Shown here one piece after another: positions 26,462 to 41,642 of a stretch of DNA of 64,000 bases. The position numbers and the translations under genes were made by a program. The notes below the pieces were generated by a model. The model worked only from the letters and a program-made list of their open reading frames with translations. It was not told where the DNA came from and ran no database searches. The DNA is from Phoronis australis (Eukaryota > Animalia > Phoronida). How positions within the stretch are numbered: position 1 is the first letter of the stretch; every line of letters begins with the position of its first letter. The stretch is from NCBI GenBank assembly GCA_002633005.1, contig NMRA01000300.1, forward strand, positions 160,022-224,021, in the 5' to 3' direction.

Positions 26462-27399
26462 GTGAGTAGGTTGTGGCTAAGATTTCAAAAAATAAGAAAA
26501 CGGAAAATTGTTGTTTTACACTTTTTACTTTGGTCAACAAATGTGTAGTTGAATACGATGGAATTGCCCTAGTTCAATCAGTGGTATCGCCCCCAACTAA
26601 TCCGGGGTCCTCTCATACGAAACTCGAACTTAGAATGCAGCTTTGAATTTTGATGAATGCGGCCGTGTGGAAACTTTTGCCAAAAGCCTGACACGCACGC
26701 AGTCACAATTTGTTTTATAATTAATATGAGAGAATAACGAATGAGTAAAAATGATTTTGTGAAACGTTTTTAAATAGCAAGGTCGCTCATAATATTTGAC
26801 GAGGCATTGCCCACTGAACGTTTGCAAGATTTAATCGGGAAATTCAATTAAATACGAAAGCAGAGTACATCCATGAACAAATATGATGTTATTTTGAATA
26901 TTTTTGCAGTCTTAAATTAAAGACCTATATGGTCATTGAACTAAATAGATTTGGCAACTGCAACAACTTTTTTCATGTGTCGTATATTTTATAACGTTTA
27001 CACTCATTTAGCAATATGATATAATCATAACGAAGGGAGATAATGCTAGTATGTATAGAGTTCATAATTTCAAATGAAATGTTTAATTTAATATTCAGAA
27101 ACCACACAATCTGCTAATTTTCCTAGTCAAATTGATCGTAGTTGGCTACCACAAAGGATTATCATGAATAGTTGCACCAAATAAATCTAAAGAGCCGACT
27201 GTTTCAATGTCCAAATAATTGAACTTTGAGATTTTTTATTGTTTATTTCGAAAATTTCAATGTACAACAATACGAGTTAAGCCCAGAAAGCGCTAGATAA
27301 CGTTGTATCTGGGCATCACTTAATACAGATGAATGTACATATTTACAAATACAGCAATAATTTCGACGATTTATATAAAACTTTCATTATAAATTTAAA

Positions 27400-28250
27400 A
27401 AGGGATAGACATAAAAATTTTGATATACATGTGCGATACTGCTGTAGAATATCTTGCCGATAATGATCAAGAGTCGTTAGAAATGGGGAACATTATTAAT
27501 TAAGAACTAAGCTGCGTCAGTTTAAGCAGCAAATGAATCCGCAAAGAAATGGAAATTTGGCAACGTTTTCTATAAGAGCCACATTGTTAGTGGAATCAAG
27601 TTTTCTATAACTATTAAGTTTATCAGAAACTTACAGAAATTCGGAGTAAGCGTGGTTAATATCAGAGTATTGTTCGAGTATCTTGAAATGCTGTACTCTC
27701 TTATTTCGGTTTGCTGTGCAGCCAAAGAAGATAATTATGAGCAAATGATCGCAAGTTTCCACACCGACACAATGGTGGGGTTTCTCTAAAATTCTGTCAA
27801 AGTGTGTTGCTGTTAAGGAACAATCCGTTTCTTGTACAAGTTAATTTTGTGATCGCCGGTAAGTTGAAATAACGTTAAGCACACTGGCAACTCTGAAGCG
27901 ATTGCACACCGTTTCATGTCATGCTTAGGTATGATAATTGAGGTGATTTCTTTTATTTTAATCGGTAAGGAATTCCAGTTAGCAATAATGCATGTTATTA
28001 TTGTGGATCCAGGCCAACGTAAGGTGGATTAAAATATGAGAAACTGAAGTCCAGGTCTAGTTAGTTGCCGATTGTAAGAGTCAAATAGGATTGAACTCTG
28101 AGATGAGATTCATGGTCTGTATTGAGATAATAATACTAGGATCAAACACAGGAATTACAACCAATCTGAAGTTTCGGAAACAAGACTATGATGGTTTAAT
28201 TATTCATTCTGCCAAAATTTGTATTGTGTCTCTTTAAAAAAGATACAAAT
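27400..28250 (-). mobile_element. Degenerate 3' end of a CR1/L2-type LINE
   Basis: Minus-strand remnants WNSLPIKIKEITS and PPLCRCG...HNYLL are typical of CR1/L2-group ORF2 C-termini. Many stops. Confidence 0.5.
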
Positions 28251-29616
28251 GACTAGGCCACAAAAATTTCGTCTTAATCCATGGTCATTCATTCAACTGA
28301 AACAAACCAACTAAGATAATTCCATGCATCATTGTGTGCAATAAGTAGTAATCATTTTATGTGTTTTATATGTATATCACGTTGCAAAAACCTGTTTCTA
28401 ATTAGTTCACTTTATTGGTATGTCAACACATTTGCACACGGGTCCATTGGAATACCAGTTATTGTTTTAAATTGAATAGTAGTTTACTCAAAGATTAATT
28501 GACTGTGACGTACAAAATTAGCACTCCGTAATTATTAATTCGTTTAAATATCAGTTCTACTGTACAGTCAAAACTCAACTACAGTGTAAAAATACCTGTT
28601 CGTATTAGACCCCTACTTAGGGAGAATACCTGTTCGTTTAAGTTGCTCAGAGCACAAGCTTTATAATGAAACAGGGCGGCACGTTGAGGAGAGAAACTGT
28701 GGAATTAATTGAAAGTGAAATACATGTTATGTGTCATTACCCTGTCCTTGGTGATGTGCGCAAAAACTTGCTGACGAACATTACAGACGATGGCAAAGTA
28801 ATTAGATAATTTAAAAGCCATAATGTTTGTGAACTAAAAAGTCTGGTGCTAAACATATCAAGAGCAACAGTGCTAAGAGGTGACATTGTATCATTGTGAA
28901 TTATAATGTATAAACTGTGTTGTGAGGCCAACGCCTGCATACTATAATCAGTTGTGGTTCTAATTCTGATACTCAGGTAATGTTTTTAGAAATTTAAATT
29001 TAGATAAACAACTCGCAATGTTTAATGAGTACAAGAAATGAGCAGAGAATTTCCTAATACTTACCCACAGTGTGTCGGAAGTTTAATACATCACTTGTGT
29101 AGTCGTCTGATGTAGAGACTAAGTTGATTGTTTATACAGTTGCACCGGGAGATTGCGAGTATTGCGTGAGTGTTGATACAGTATTATAATAACTAAAGTG
29201 TGTAGATGTCCATAACTGAATGGCTCCCATGCTAGCCGGCAGGTGGCAGGAATCTTTCAACAGTGTTGTTTCTGTTCCAACGAACTACCTATTTTTAGCT
29301 GAACCGTATTTTCTCCTACGTCACAATAAGTGCTGCTAAAACGGTCCTTGGTCGATCGCAAGTGACGTTTCACGAACTCCGCACTATTCTCTCAGAATGG
29401 GAGTGTATTCTAAGTGACCGCACTTTCATACATGTATTTGTGTCCAGCTCCGACGATGAACCTGAACCGTTCACTCCGTCTCTTTGATTAGACGGGCTTT
29501 CCTTATGCGAAGTTTAGGAGGACGAACTTGGCGGACCACGATTTCGACGCGACATCGGTACAGTTGCGCTATACCTCGTTCGCGCTTATCTATCATTAGT
29601 CAGATGGTTGAAGGTG

Positions 29617-29830
29617 ACGCACGTAAATTACGTGCGTAAATCAATTCTTGTTAGTGACGTAAATTAATTATTAACGACGTAAATTATTTTTTGCGGCGTA
29701 AAGTAACTTTTAATGGCGTAAAGTAATTATTTGCGTGCGTAATTTACGCGCGTAAATTAAATATTAACGTGCGTGAATTACGCAAATGGATTGATTTTAA
29801 ATTAAGTCGCAAATGATTACTTTACGCAGC
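29617..29830. repeat. Degenerate ~21-22-bp tandem repeat (ACGTAAATTA / GCGTAAA core)
   Basis: Repeated CGTAAATTA/CGTAAAGTA motifs. Confidence 0.7.
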
Positions 29831-31464
29831 AATTTGTTTCGCTGATGCAAACACCAGTATTTAGCGGCACTTCGTGAACGAAACAACTCGTAACCCGACG
29901 TAACCATATGTCAACCATCAACATCGGCGACTATTGTTTTGTTTCACGACGACAAGTCACGAAAATAGCTCGAGTTGAGCAATTTAATTGCGGTCGCGAT
30001 GGATAAGTTCACTCTGCCGTAAGAACTAACAGTCCTATAAGGAAACTCTCGGCTGCTTGAGACTGTAGTCGACTGCGTTCAGGATCCGCCACCAGCCAAC
30101 ACTACGAGTACCTCAACTAATGTGGCCACACCACTGTGCCTTCAAGTCCCAAACATGTTATATAGTTACACGACTGGCAGCTCTCCAGTCACGTGATAAT
30201 ATACAACTCTGGACAAATGACTGATTCGAATACGTTATTTAGTTTCTCATAACCCGTGCATTTTTACATGTTTATGGCGTATATCTCTTGTGTATATTGT
30301 TTGTACTGTATTTTTGCGTGAGGGAGGATGTCGCAGATTGTGTTTGTGTATTTTAGTCACATTTTGATTGTCTTCTTTCTTTCCAAGGGAGTTCGTTGCG
30401 TGATCTACAGTGTACATCATGATGTAGGATCTGCATTACTCTTGATTAAGATTGGTTCACTTTTACCCAGCATGCTTCACATTCTACATGTATCGCTTCC
30501 GCTATTACAATGGAACTAGATAGACTCAACCTCGTTATTTCTATCTGTTCCGACCTACACCTCCTCTATATACACCTACGCCACAACGCTGCCAAATAGT
30601 TTAATAACTCATTTACAAATCTTTCATAGGTACAATTTCAAAGCACTTGGTTTTTCTAAAGAAATCGATAAATTAATGAGATCTCGAGATACAGATTCAC
30701 TAACGAGATCTCGCGATACAGATTCACCATTTTAATTCCAGACCTTTTGTACTTTCTTTATTGAGAACGTTTTAACAAATTACGTTGCGTCGGTCCAAAA
30801 ATTCTGTTACTTTGAAAATTGTGAGCATTTTCAATTTCACAAAATTAAAGTAAACTCTAACATTTAAAGAGAAAATCAGCCTGTTTATCAAAGTCAACCG
30901 GAACTCACACTTGTGGTTTTAACCGGCCAAATCACATCCTCAAATTTTATAATGTTTGGATTCACTACAATGCTGATTTGATTTTGAATTACAGGAAAAC
31001 GCATTTTCTGAAAATGATTGCAGTGCCAACGCTATGTCAAAAAAGGAGTTCGTCCCTAATTCCCCCAGCTTCTTTATTCTCCCATCCAACGGCTCCTCAA
31101 ACGATGATACCAGACTCCGTTCCTTCATCGCCATGTCCCCCCGATTGGGTGTCCCCCCGATAGTGTGTCCCCCCGGACCCGATGTTCCCAAACCTGGTAA
31201 CTCCTCTTCTCGTTTATTTAATTTTTGCGCGACGTCTTGGTATGCAGCAGGTGCTTGAGCCCATGCGCGTAAGAACGACACACCGGGAGTTGAATTGAAC
31301 AAACTTAGGACACTTTTCAGTGAACAGGCATCGGATGATCAATACCAGGGCGCTGAATCTTTGAGACGGAGGAACGTCAGGACAATAGAACATAACGACA
31401 GGGGAACATTGGGCATCGAAAACAACGGTAGCGTACCTGTCATTATTGAGACAAAGAACCATGG

Positions 31465-31580
31465 ATGGGTGAACAGCGGGTGTGGAGATAGAGTGAACAG
31501 TGGGTTTGGAGGTTCGTGAACAGTGGGTATGGAGACGGGTGAACAGTGGGTGTGGAGATGGGTGAACAGTGTGTATGGAG
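31465..31580. repeat. ~23-bp tandem repeat (GGGTGAACAGTGGGTGTGGAGAT)
   Basis: About 5 imperfect copies. Confidence 0.8.
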
Positions 31581-32506
31581 GGCATATAGGACCTGGGAAA
31601 GGTCACTATGAACTAGAAAAAGGGTAACAAAATTTTCTCAATGATACTCAAAAATGACATTAGTTTTGTTCTCAAAACTGAATTAAAAATGTTTTTTCTA
31701 AGTTACTGAAAATATTTTGCAAGTTTGTGTATGTTGTGTTTTACAGGATGTGGTAGAACAGTACTTAACCAATCCACTCAAAAGTTTAAGATAGACGTTT
31801 AAAAAGAATTAAATCTACCCTACTGGACGTGTTGCTGAATGCGACATATTTCAAAAGTTGACAAAAATGTAACATCCTGTAGAATGTATTAAAATATGAT
31901 TGATGATCAAGATGACATTGGCTGCCGGTTCCGCTAGGTCCACCAGCCAACACATCTGATTAGTTCTCGATGACGATTGCCATCCTACGAACCAAACAGA
32001 TGTCTTAGCAGGTTGACCCTGCGTTACCAGCCAAGGTAATCAGTTGTAGCCTTTGTGTGTGCAGAATTAAAAAAACAAACTGTGATATACGTATCATGAC
32101 GTCAAATTAGCAACAATTGAATGAACAACAGAAAGTTAGACTCAAACTATGTACATCACAAACCCACCTTGAAAACAACTTCAAGTAACACACCGGCTTA
32201 AATCCCCTAGCATAAGTATCATTTTTCATCGTTCTGTACGTTAATGAATATGACCATGTGAACCGCCGGAATTTCTGAGCATGTGAATGGCTGACGTGCA
32301 GCATCTAGCGCAATATGTTGTTAAACAATGTTATATTATAAAAATGTGCAAGTTAAAGTCGGGACTTTAAAGCGTTTGCTCTATTTGAAGTTTAAAACGT
32401 GTCTAACAGTTTTGGGAAATAATTGAGGTATTTCGAATTTCAAAGAAAAATTGATGTTTATTTGGTTTCCTGCCTCGTTATGTCATCAGTTGACAGTATA
32501 TATGCA

Positions 32507-32762
32507 ATGGCGTGTAGAGGTTATTTCGTAAGTTAAGAAGACTTTCAAAGTGATCTTGACAAGTCTTATGAAGACAGGTATGGAGATAGGAGTGAATACG
32601 ACACTCAGGCTATAAGTAAAACAGATAATGAGTTAGACCTCGCCATATCGGCAGTCTTTTCGTGCTTGAGGCCGTACGAACTCGACTCTGACGCACCGAC
32701 GTCTTCGGCAAGTGAAGCCGAGTCTACTCAGTCTGTGGACAGTCCTGATTTCAGAGCTGACG
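32507..32762 (+). pseudogene. Acidic first-exon-like remnant, possibly Kolobok accessory protein (KolX)-like
   Basis: MACRGYFVS*EDFQSDLDKSYEDRYGDRSEYD...LRPYELDSDAPTSSASEAES, resembling the PYxFEP start of KolX-type proteins. It lies about 140 bp downstream of a TTAA|AG site and has one in-frame stop. Confidence 0.3.
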
Positions 32763-33203
32763 GTAGTTATAACCCTTTATTGATCACAATTTAATTTTCA
32801 AACCACTTTAGTGTCGAGTCATCTTTGCCGCGAACTCTGAATCTAACCGAAGTTTTTACCCTGACTGCCAAAGCTCAGTCGCGAATAGCGGCCACTGATT
32901 TCTTGTCTTGGCTAATGCCCCGTGCGTTTGTCAGGAACGATCATGTCTAACTGGATTATATTTTCGATAAATGGTACTCGTTTCTGTTACAAAATTATGA
33001 AATTATTACCGTTGTGATTAGTCGATTATTTCGGTCTAGTGCCCAAATTGACCTATCGCCAGGATTATGACGGACGGCTTAATTGACCAATCAGAACGCA
33101 GCATTCTGCGTTTCCAAGCCGCCATTTTACCCGACAAACCACACGTAGTAGAGTAAAACTTACTTTAGTCTATACTAATAGCTCAAGAAATTGTCCACTA
33201 AGA

Positions 33204-33410
33204 ATGGGGAAACGGTGTTGATATGGCGTGTGTAGCAGCGACAGCCGTTATGCTGCATATCCCGTCATTTTTGGCATGTCCTAAGCCGAAAAATGATGTT
33301 GAAAAGCGTAAACTATGGATCAAACTGTACGGCCACACGAGCAGCTGAACTTAGCGATGTTGCTTGATAACTCGAAGGCTATAATAAACACAAATATGTT
33401 AGTTCCAAGA
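33204..33410 (+). pseudogene. THAP zinc-finger pseudo-exon (transposon-derived)
   Basis: MGKRC*YGVCSSDSRY..., then after a frameshift CPKPKNDVEKRKLWIKL...HEQLNL...NKHKYVSSK: the C-x4-C...P...W...VCSxH pattern. Confidence 0.7.
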
Positions 33411-35954
33411 TACGCACTTTTCAGCTTGGTGGCTATGGTGCAGAGCTATCTCAGATTTTGACTCCCGAGTTTCCTACGTCTGGCCGTCTTTCTCTCGGCA
33501 CCTGCTGGATCTCAGCACTCTAGTGGTAGTCCCCGGAAATTGTTGTTTTCAAGGACATTTTTATTTTATGTTTTATTTTATTTATTTCAACCTAATGGAC
33601 ATTATTTTGTTTCGTATCAGAGGTACATTTTTGTTATTCATAAACCGTAGGCTGGCGTTCAACTGAACTTCTCTCCGGTCAAAATTCAGAGATTCGATCG
33701 GCACAGGGGAGGGCACTGGATTACTGCCGGAACTCAAAGCCTTGGTCGAGCTGTTGTCACTAAAAATAAACTGTTGAATTACTTTTTGACGTGTAGGGGC
33801 CTACCTCTAGTATACACTATGTCTGTAGAGTTAGAGAGAGCTCGCTTTGAAGTTGTTCAAACATGATATTTAGATTTATGAAGCTTTAAAAAAGAATTTG
33901 AGTTATTTTTGTAAATACCCTATCTTGCAACTACCACACCAGACTTGTAATCTTTTCTAACCATACCACGACTTAGTGATCATGCTACCTTCAAAATTAA
34001 ATGAAAGCTACCTTTATGGAATGAAACTACAAAAAATACCAAGTTCATAAGAAGGTAGGCCTAATTTAAATGTTTTCATGGACGGTGCAAACGGACAATT
34101 CCATAGGCGGATATAGGGGGGGCAGGGGCCCCAGCCCCCCCCGCCTTAGCTGACGCAAGCAAAATGAAACAGCAAGAGCGTGAAGCGTGAGGAAATATTG
34201 AGTTCTGTAACTAAGACCGGTAGCGGAAAAGGGGGGCTCAGACTGCAGATCGCGGCGGAATCGTGTAACTGTTTTTTTAGTACACCGATAGATTTTCTGA
34301 ACAGAAGGTCCAACGGTCTACATCCATGGCCCCTGCAACTGTTGGTACAATGCAATACACCTGTTTTAATATTAATAATAAATAATAAACTTCTTTACAG
34401 AGGATAAAATACCATACAATTTAAATATGCTTGAGGCAAAGAGTAATATACAGCATGGTCTTCTTAAAGCAATTAATTAAATTAGATTAAATTAAAATAA
34501 ATGGATATTTAGAAATTAAATTTACAAACTGAATTAAAAATAAATCAAAACTTCTATATCTATGATATCTACAGTGAATTCTAGAGAGGAGAAATGACTG
34601 AAACGAAGGGGGGCAGCTATGATGACAACATCCACAAGTAACTGATGAGTCAGTGTCTGAAGTCATCGACTCGAACGAGCCCCCCAATTTGGTAAATTGG
34701 GCAAAAAGGTCCGCCTCAGCGAAACAATAAGTCCGAGTAAGGGAGACAAAACTCCACGGAAGCACAATCCGTAGGTCTGAACCTAGAGGCCCAGTGTTTT
34801 TAGTCGTCGTTGATTTTTTTGAAAACTTCGAGCCCCTCCTATATTTTAGGCTGGGTGCGCGCATGCTAATTAAATATTTCTGGCTACGCCAGAGGGCGTG
34901 CCCACTCCTTCCTCACACGACCAAAGACACTGTTTTGGAAATTACGTGAATACGTTTCCTTCGGAAATTGTTGATTGGTGCCCGCTTGCGACATTGTAAT
35001 CCGCCAGTGCCTCATGACGCTACTGTTTTTTCCGCCGAAATACCACCAGTTTCGCCAGCGTGCTCGCAGCTTAACAACCGGCACTGGTAGACTAGATGAC
35101 TTCCTGCTCTTGGAAGACTTCATAAATGTTTCCAGGTCGCTTCTAAGTGGGAGGCTCTTTCTTAAATTTTCCGCAAATCTGTCCATGGGCTTTTTAGTCT
35201 ATTTCTATTTATGCAAATTACGCTTTTTGAAATTTTATGTTTTGAAGAAGCGCTCAACAAACGAATTTTTTAAAATCCTCAAAGTGTTTATAACGTTCTT
35301 ACCTGTATCGTTTCAAGTCCTCAAATGGCCCACATTTTGCCTTGACTTTACATAAGAGACGACGCAAGCTCCTGTGTTGCAGTTGTACATGTGGGGTATG
35401 TGTTTTAAATTAAACAACTTAGGCGTCAAGGCCTCTGAATTTATTTATGGAACTGTTGCTGTTCTGATTTTTTATTTTTACGTTTAAATACTACACGTTG
35501 TCACTTGACGAACGTAAAAAGAGAAAATACTCCGAATATACAAACGTGTGTACAATAGTTACTAAAAACACTTGCGTTGCTTTAAGCAAAATGCGAAGAC
35601 GGCCAAAAAAACTACGATACCACATCTAGTGCAGTACATTTCCGTTGCCCTACTATGTTGTGACTCTAATATCTTGTGAACTCATCAAGCGACCACAAAC
35701 AAATGGTACATCACCCATTACGCAAGGGGTACATCACCCATTACAGCAACTGGAGTGCTGAAATCTCGACAAAGGTTGACATACTAACAAGGAATGTCAT
35801 TCACGCTCAAGAAAGTTCATCTCACAATAACGCCATTGTGTCTCTTCTCTGGGAATTTTAAGGTATCGTCCCATCCATCAACACGTGGTTATCAAACTAA
35901 AATCTAGCAAGCGTTTTTCTGTCAATAATACGTTTTTATGTTTAACACGTAATC

Positions 35955-37270
35955 AGAGATATAGCCTACTTAGCGACTCGCCCAGTCGCCAATGCGAGTA
36001 AAACTGGTGCTGGGCGAGTAGAAATTGTCTTTCGGTTGCCCAGGTGGCGAGCGAATTTTCAGAGCGCAAAAGCACTCTATCGTTTCCCAGATTAACATAA
36101 ATAAATTTTCTCATCCTCCTTGTGCTGTTTTTGTCATAAAAAACAAAGGTTCAGTTTGGTCAGCGCGTCGATGCTCCGGCAATAAAAAAAACATCGGCGT
36201 CGTGCACTCCTACCGATTCACTCCTCACGCGATTCGTCTAGACAAGAGATCTCCGTGGTTGGTCGTGCACAAAGGAATTTGTGGATTAGCCCAAAACGAA
36301 GGAAAAAGGGGAAAGGTGGAAGACCGTTCCATGTGCTTACAGCAAGTGAAATTGGGAAGCTAAAAACAGGGTCTGGGCGGTTAAAATCGAAATTTTTGAA
36401 AAGTCTTGATTTGTTGCTTACTGCACGGAGGACTGTGCTTACCATCACGGAGCTACACTGACGTCGGACTTCAAGCATATCAGTTAACAGATAGGTTGGG
36501 GGATTGAAGTAACAGACTTCCAACGGCCTGTGGTGCACGATACAGTGGCGTCGTGATCCCGAGCGTGCTTGGGTTTTACGTACGCGGGTGGCTGTTCGAC
36601 ATTTCTTAGAACAAAGGTATTCCTACAGGTAGGCGTGCGTTCAATAGGGCAAGTTTCTTGAGAGAAAAGACAGATTAAGCAACGTTCCGCTAGTTCGCGG
36701 TGCATTTCTAAGGGAAGCACTTGATTTTGTAAAGATTTTATTCCCGCTGGACACCTGGGCAACCAAACACATGCTTATGATTTACAGGTCTTCTTACTGA
36801 GTACTTCGCCGGGAACTTGTAGGTTGGTAGCCAAGCACGTGCTAATGATTGACAGATTTTTTATTGAATACTTTGAACTTACTTTGAACAATGTAATATT
36901 TTAAAAACATTGTATATTTCCCCTTTTTAGTTCAAAGCCAAAACTGCCTTGTTCAAAGCACTTGCTCAACAATCGGACGATAAGTGCTCGGTCGGCTGCC
37001 AACATAATGCAGCAAACTACACTACTTTGCACGTAGCTTTGGGCCAAGGCAACGTCTTGCGTTGCTGGCAATTCATCTACGTCAAAAGTTTCTTAGTGGG
37101 AATTCATTTTCTAAAAACGATACAAGCCCTCATAGATGGTGACACCAACGCTCGAGACGATGATTTTTATTGACATTGGCAGCAAGTGACGGAAACGGCT
37201 GGGCGACTGAACTTCGGGCTGGGCGAGTACATTTTCTGGCTCACTCGCCCAGCTGAGTTTTGAAACCTGT
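35955..37270. mobile_element. hAT-like non-autonomous element with clustered subterminal GGGCGAGT/ACTCGCCC repeats
   Basis: Repeat clusters at 35975-36055 and 37198-37252; the right end reads ...TTTTGAAACCTG. Confidence 0.45.
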
Positions 37271-37397
37271 GTATATCCCTGATAATTGCCTAACATGAGA
37301 ATCAGCTTGAACATACGTCTACCTTTCTTAGTGACGATACACTGTCGTGCCACTCCTGGTGTTCAATGTCATTACAGCGCTGGTTAAAAACGATTAA

Positions 37398-39485
37398 AGT
37401 CCTGGTCTCAAACTGCCCATGTGGTTCCAGTATCCGAAAATACTTACTAAATAAAATATTATTTTCGCCACCCTTTTTATATTCTTCTCCAGTTTATTTC
37501 CAAAAGCGATTTTTAACAGTAAAAATCGAAAAAGTGTCAAAATCGGGGCAAGCAGTATAAAGTTATTGCAATTTTGTGGCGAAATTTGTGTCACTTCGTT
37601 TGAATCGCGTCGGCCATATTGGAGGACAGCGGGATAAGTTACGAGTTTAAAACTTTGTGTAAATTGTTTTCGTTAACAATTTACGGTGAAATTTAGTGAG
37701 ACATATCTTCACTTACTATTCTGCACGATTCAACAGTGCTCACCAAAGTTCAGCCTCTCATTAAGTGATAAATGTGCTCACAATTCCCGTTGGACTTTCT
37801 GGCGGCACCGACAGCATGGCGACTTTTGCTGAACTGAAAGCCATGTTCAACCTGTTACTTTCTAATTTTTAAAGATTTAACGTTGATACATTTTGACAAA
37901 CGTTGCCACAAAAAAGGAACTTTGTTCAATTTTCGTGTTTTTGTGCAAAAATATAAGATATATTCGAATTATTTTACTGTGAATTTCCCATTCAGGTGAT
38001 CTTACATTAAGCTATAAAAAATAGTTGAAATAATTTTGAAATGATTATTTGTTTGAATGTCAACTGCTGTTCAAGGCTTGATTAGGTGTCACAAAATGAC
38101 TCATGTTTTTTCTAAATTTTAAGTCTCAATTGCTTTCAAGTAATGTTTTGTAACTTATTCAAGTTATCAAGTCAAAAATATGAATAATCTTAATTTGAGA
38201 AATAAGCTATGTTGGATTCTGAAGCTCCAAGCCTCCAATTTTTGTTCCTTGGAACTTCATATTTTTTTAAATCATGCTTGTCAAATTCTGGTGGAAGGAA
38301 ACACTATTCGGTCACCATGGTAATAGTTACATGTATGTGCACTTTCATATCATGGAAACTTGTGCTGTTGGATAGTGTTTGTAATGCTTAAGTGTTGTAA
38401 AATACTGTGCATTCTAACTTATTATGGTAAAAGGTTGAATCATTTTGGCTTAATGATAATTATAACATTTTGTATTTGACTTGTCATACTTATGTGCTCG
38501 AAGGAGCCCCCTACTTGGAGAAACGGAAAAAGGTTTGCCTCAGTCAGAGAGGCACGAACTCCGAAAAAGTAGAAAACGAGATAAAAGTCCACTGGAAGAC
38601 AGGAAGTACCAAAATTTAGCGTCTACAATTCATAGCTCTCAATATACCCAGTGAATCTTGTAGTAAAAGGTAGACATTCCCAAAAATTCCAACCCCCCAT
38701 ATTTTATGCTTGGTGCGCTCAATGCAATGTCATGGGCAAACCTGTGTTGAAAGCCAACATTTTTACACACTTCGCCAGAAGCCCACAAGTTCTAAATGAA
38801 CCTCGTTTGAGCGAGCGCTGTGGCCAGGGACCAGGTAGGCCTAAGGGTACCATTGTCATAAAGCTGTATAGGCCTACTAACAAGCTGTATTTTGACAATA
38901 TTCTTCATACTGGTACCAGGCACTGACTGAGGCTAGCTAACCTAAGGGCTGCCGCGGCAGTGTGACACAGGACTAAATAGACCGTTATTTTGTGCAAGTG
39001 TCTAAAACTACCTTTGTATGTATACGGCATTTATAATTTGAACCTTTTACTTCCACAAAAGAGCTTGAAACCGCATGCCTATATCGTTCGCCAGTGTCTG
39101 GTCTCGATCCTCACCGGGTCCGATAGGCTGCGGACCCGAGTCCGGCAAAATAGTTTCTGTCAAAATTTATTCGCCACCTTTCTTCAGCAAATTCGATAAA
39201 ATTGTCCGTATTTTGATTTTATTAAAATTAAGGCGCGCTGTCGATTATTTTATCCCCGTTTGCAGGCTGGTAACAGGCACTGCTCCGGTCGCACTGACGG
39301 CGTTTTCTTAGCCTGGGTTCCTGAATGAATTGTACTTCCGGGTTCGCGGTAAGTTCAAAATGGCGCGTTCATTTAAACTTTTTTCGAGTACGGATCGTGT
39401 ATTAGTTATGGGGTAGGTACTTCTTGGATCCTTATTACATCTTCAAACCATGTAATAAGGGTTAACAACGTGTGAGACCAGGACT
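37398..39485 (+). mobile_element. Kolobok-like non-autonomous DNA transposon, copy 1
   Basis: TTAA|AGTCCTGGTCTCA ... TGAGACCAGGACT|TAA (13-bp TIR, TTAA-type target). About 1.1 kb aligns in reverse to copy 2. Confidence 0.85.
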
Positions 39486-41642
39486 TAAGACAACAGATTC
39501 GCAACTCTGACATTTACTTACATGCTAGCCAAGAGGCCGCTCCTCTCCTAAATTTTCTGGTGCAGTTTCCGGTTAGTGTATTTTGACGAGAAATATTTGC
39601 ATCTACATTGGTGTCCAGTACAACGAAAAAAATATTAATTTTGGCATTGAAACGCTGTTCAAAGTCTTCCAATAGTAGAAGTGTTGGTATCGTGAGTAGG
39701 CCTACTTTTGGCAAATGCTACTGGTAATTAATTACAAAATTCAAACTTCGGTGCCGACTGACTATGTCGTCTGCTTGCCCAATAGCAGCATAGTTAATGG
39801 ACAGTTTGTGATTTACGGTTCACTTATGCCTATTGAGAAAACTACGAAAGCATGTTTGTGCACAAATTCCAAGGAGTACCTGTGAATGCAAAAGATACTT
39901 ATATAACCTTTTTCGTTTAGAAAAATATTAATTTTGTTCGAATTAAAAAATGCGCCTCTGCAGCTATTTGACTAATTTATCCTCTGCATGTTTACAATTC
40001 AACATTCTCAGGTGAGCAGTTCTTCTGGGAAGTGTTGAGTGGCCCTTTAAAGGGCCTTAGGTATAGCGTGAAATGGTTCTTAAAAGAACCGTTGATTAAT
40101 TCCACCCAGCCTTCAATTTGGGAGGCTCGAATTCTTGACGTCGTGGACCTTATCCTAAAAAAACAGCGGGCGGAATAAAAAATGGCCAATCTGTTGATAC
40201 AGTAAATTTCCTTATTTATGCCCATCCTGATTTGACTGCAACTTGAGCTTGTTGGGTTCTATCATATATTTGGATGGCATTGGGACCCACATGGTGCTTT
40301 CTCGAATGGGCTTCAGTTTACCAGCTATAGGTGAAATAAATAAACAAAGTGGGTGATTATCATCACCGGAATTTCATCATTAGTATCTTTTGCTGAGTGC
40401 TCAAATTTTCTGAGACTAGGGATTGTCAGATTTGTAAGGTAGAAGTGCTCGCTGGATTTTCAGTTCTGTGTCGTTATTTATACCGGACAAAAATTAAAAA
40501 ACGAGACCTTTGTTTAAATCAGGAGCTGCATGATACACGCTGTACCGGAGGTGCGCAGGCAGCACATGTGGGCCCATTGCACTGATCACTTGGAACCATT
40601 TTAATGGTTAACTAATATATAGTTAAACCAAGCTGAGCAGCTTGAAACCTGATTCATGGCAATTTTTGGCAGTGGGATTTTCTGAAAAATGCTCGTAGGT
40701 TAACAACAAAGTTTGACAGCAATGCACTGCAGTTTTGTAGAAACTCTGTCATAGGTTACAGATGCGTCACAGAGCGTAAACTTGATGAATTCTAGCTTAC
40801 GATTTCACCTGTTTCGGAGACTGGGTTTCAACCACTTTTGGGCTATAATAAGCGCCCTCCTTCCTGAAGCGGGTTTTTCTAAGCGCCCTGGCCGCTTATT
40901 AGGGCGACTACGGTAATAGTCCAGAAGGGCAATACTTAGTATCCCTTATGCACGCGAACCTTTCGTTACATTAGGCTTGGGATTGGCTCATTGTGTACCC
41001 TACAGGTGGCATAGGGCTTTACAAAACTGGTTGAGGAATTTTTTTTTCGTCATAAACGTCCGTTTGAAAGACTTAAGTTTGGAAATGTTAGGACTTTAGG
41101 CGGAAATTTAAAAACCATTTGTCCGCTAACAAAAATTTAACATTGAAGAACAAAAACAACTTTCAGGCCCCTCTGGTGTTCCTGTCCCATGTTTTCAAAG
41201 AAGTTGGTTGCATTTTCATAGACCGCAGTCGAGAGATTTTGTGCGGCATATATTCGACATGAAATGAGTGTGTAACCTGCTGTTGAATTGCGAGATAGAT
41301 TTTGACTGGTCCAGGTGGTTATTTCTGAAGTATTAATGTAATAATGTAATAAAGGTTTTATCAGCGTTCTGTTTATTTGTACACGGATGTGAATTTGTTG
41401 ACATCGCTGATCCAAATCCTGGCCAAATGTGCGCATTCTGCTGAGACCAACCGTCTGATCATGGCCAGCGAAGAGTAATTTGGTTAATTCGCTCACTAGG
41501 CTATGGCTGAATTTCCTCGTAAGGACAGGAGCTCATGAGTCACTACCTTTGGAAGAAATTTAGTGGACAACATTCGTCAAAAAGTTTACCAGATAGTTTT
41601 CATCAAAACGGAGAAAACAAAAATGGATTTGTGAAGACAGGA

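Noticed and set aside
30940-31606. GC-richer overlapping ORFs as a host exon
   Set aside because: No recognisable domain or paired splice sites, and adjacent to a tandem repeat; probably a transposon remnant, but not classifiable.
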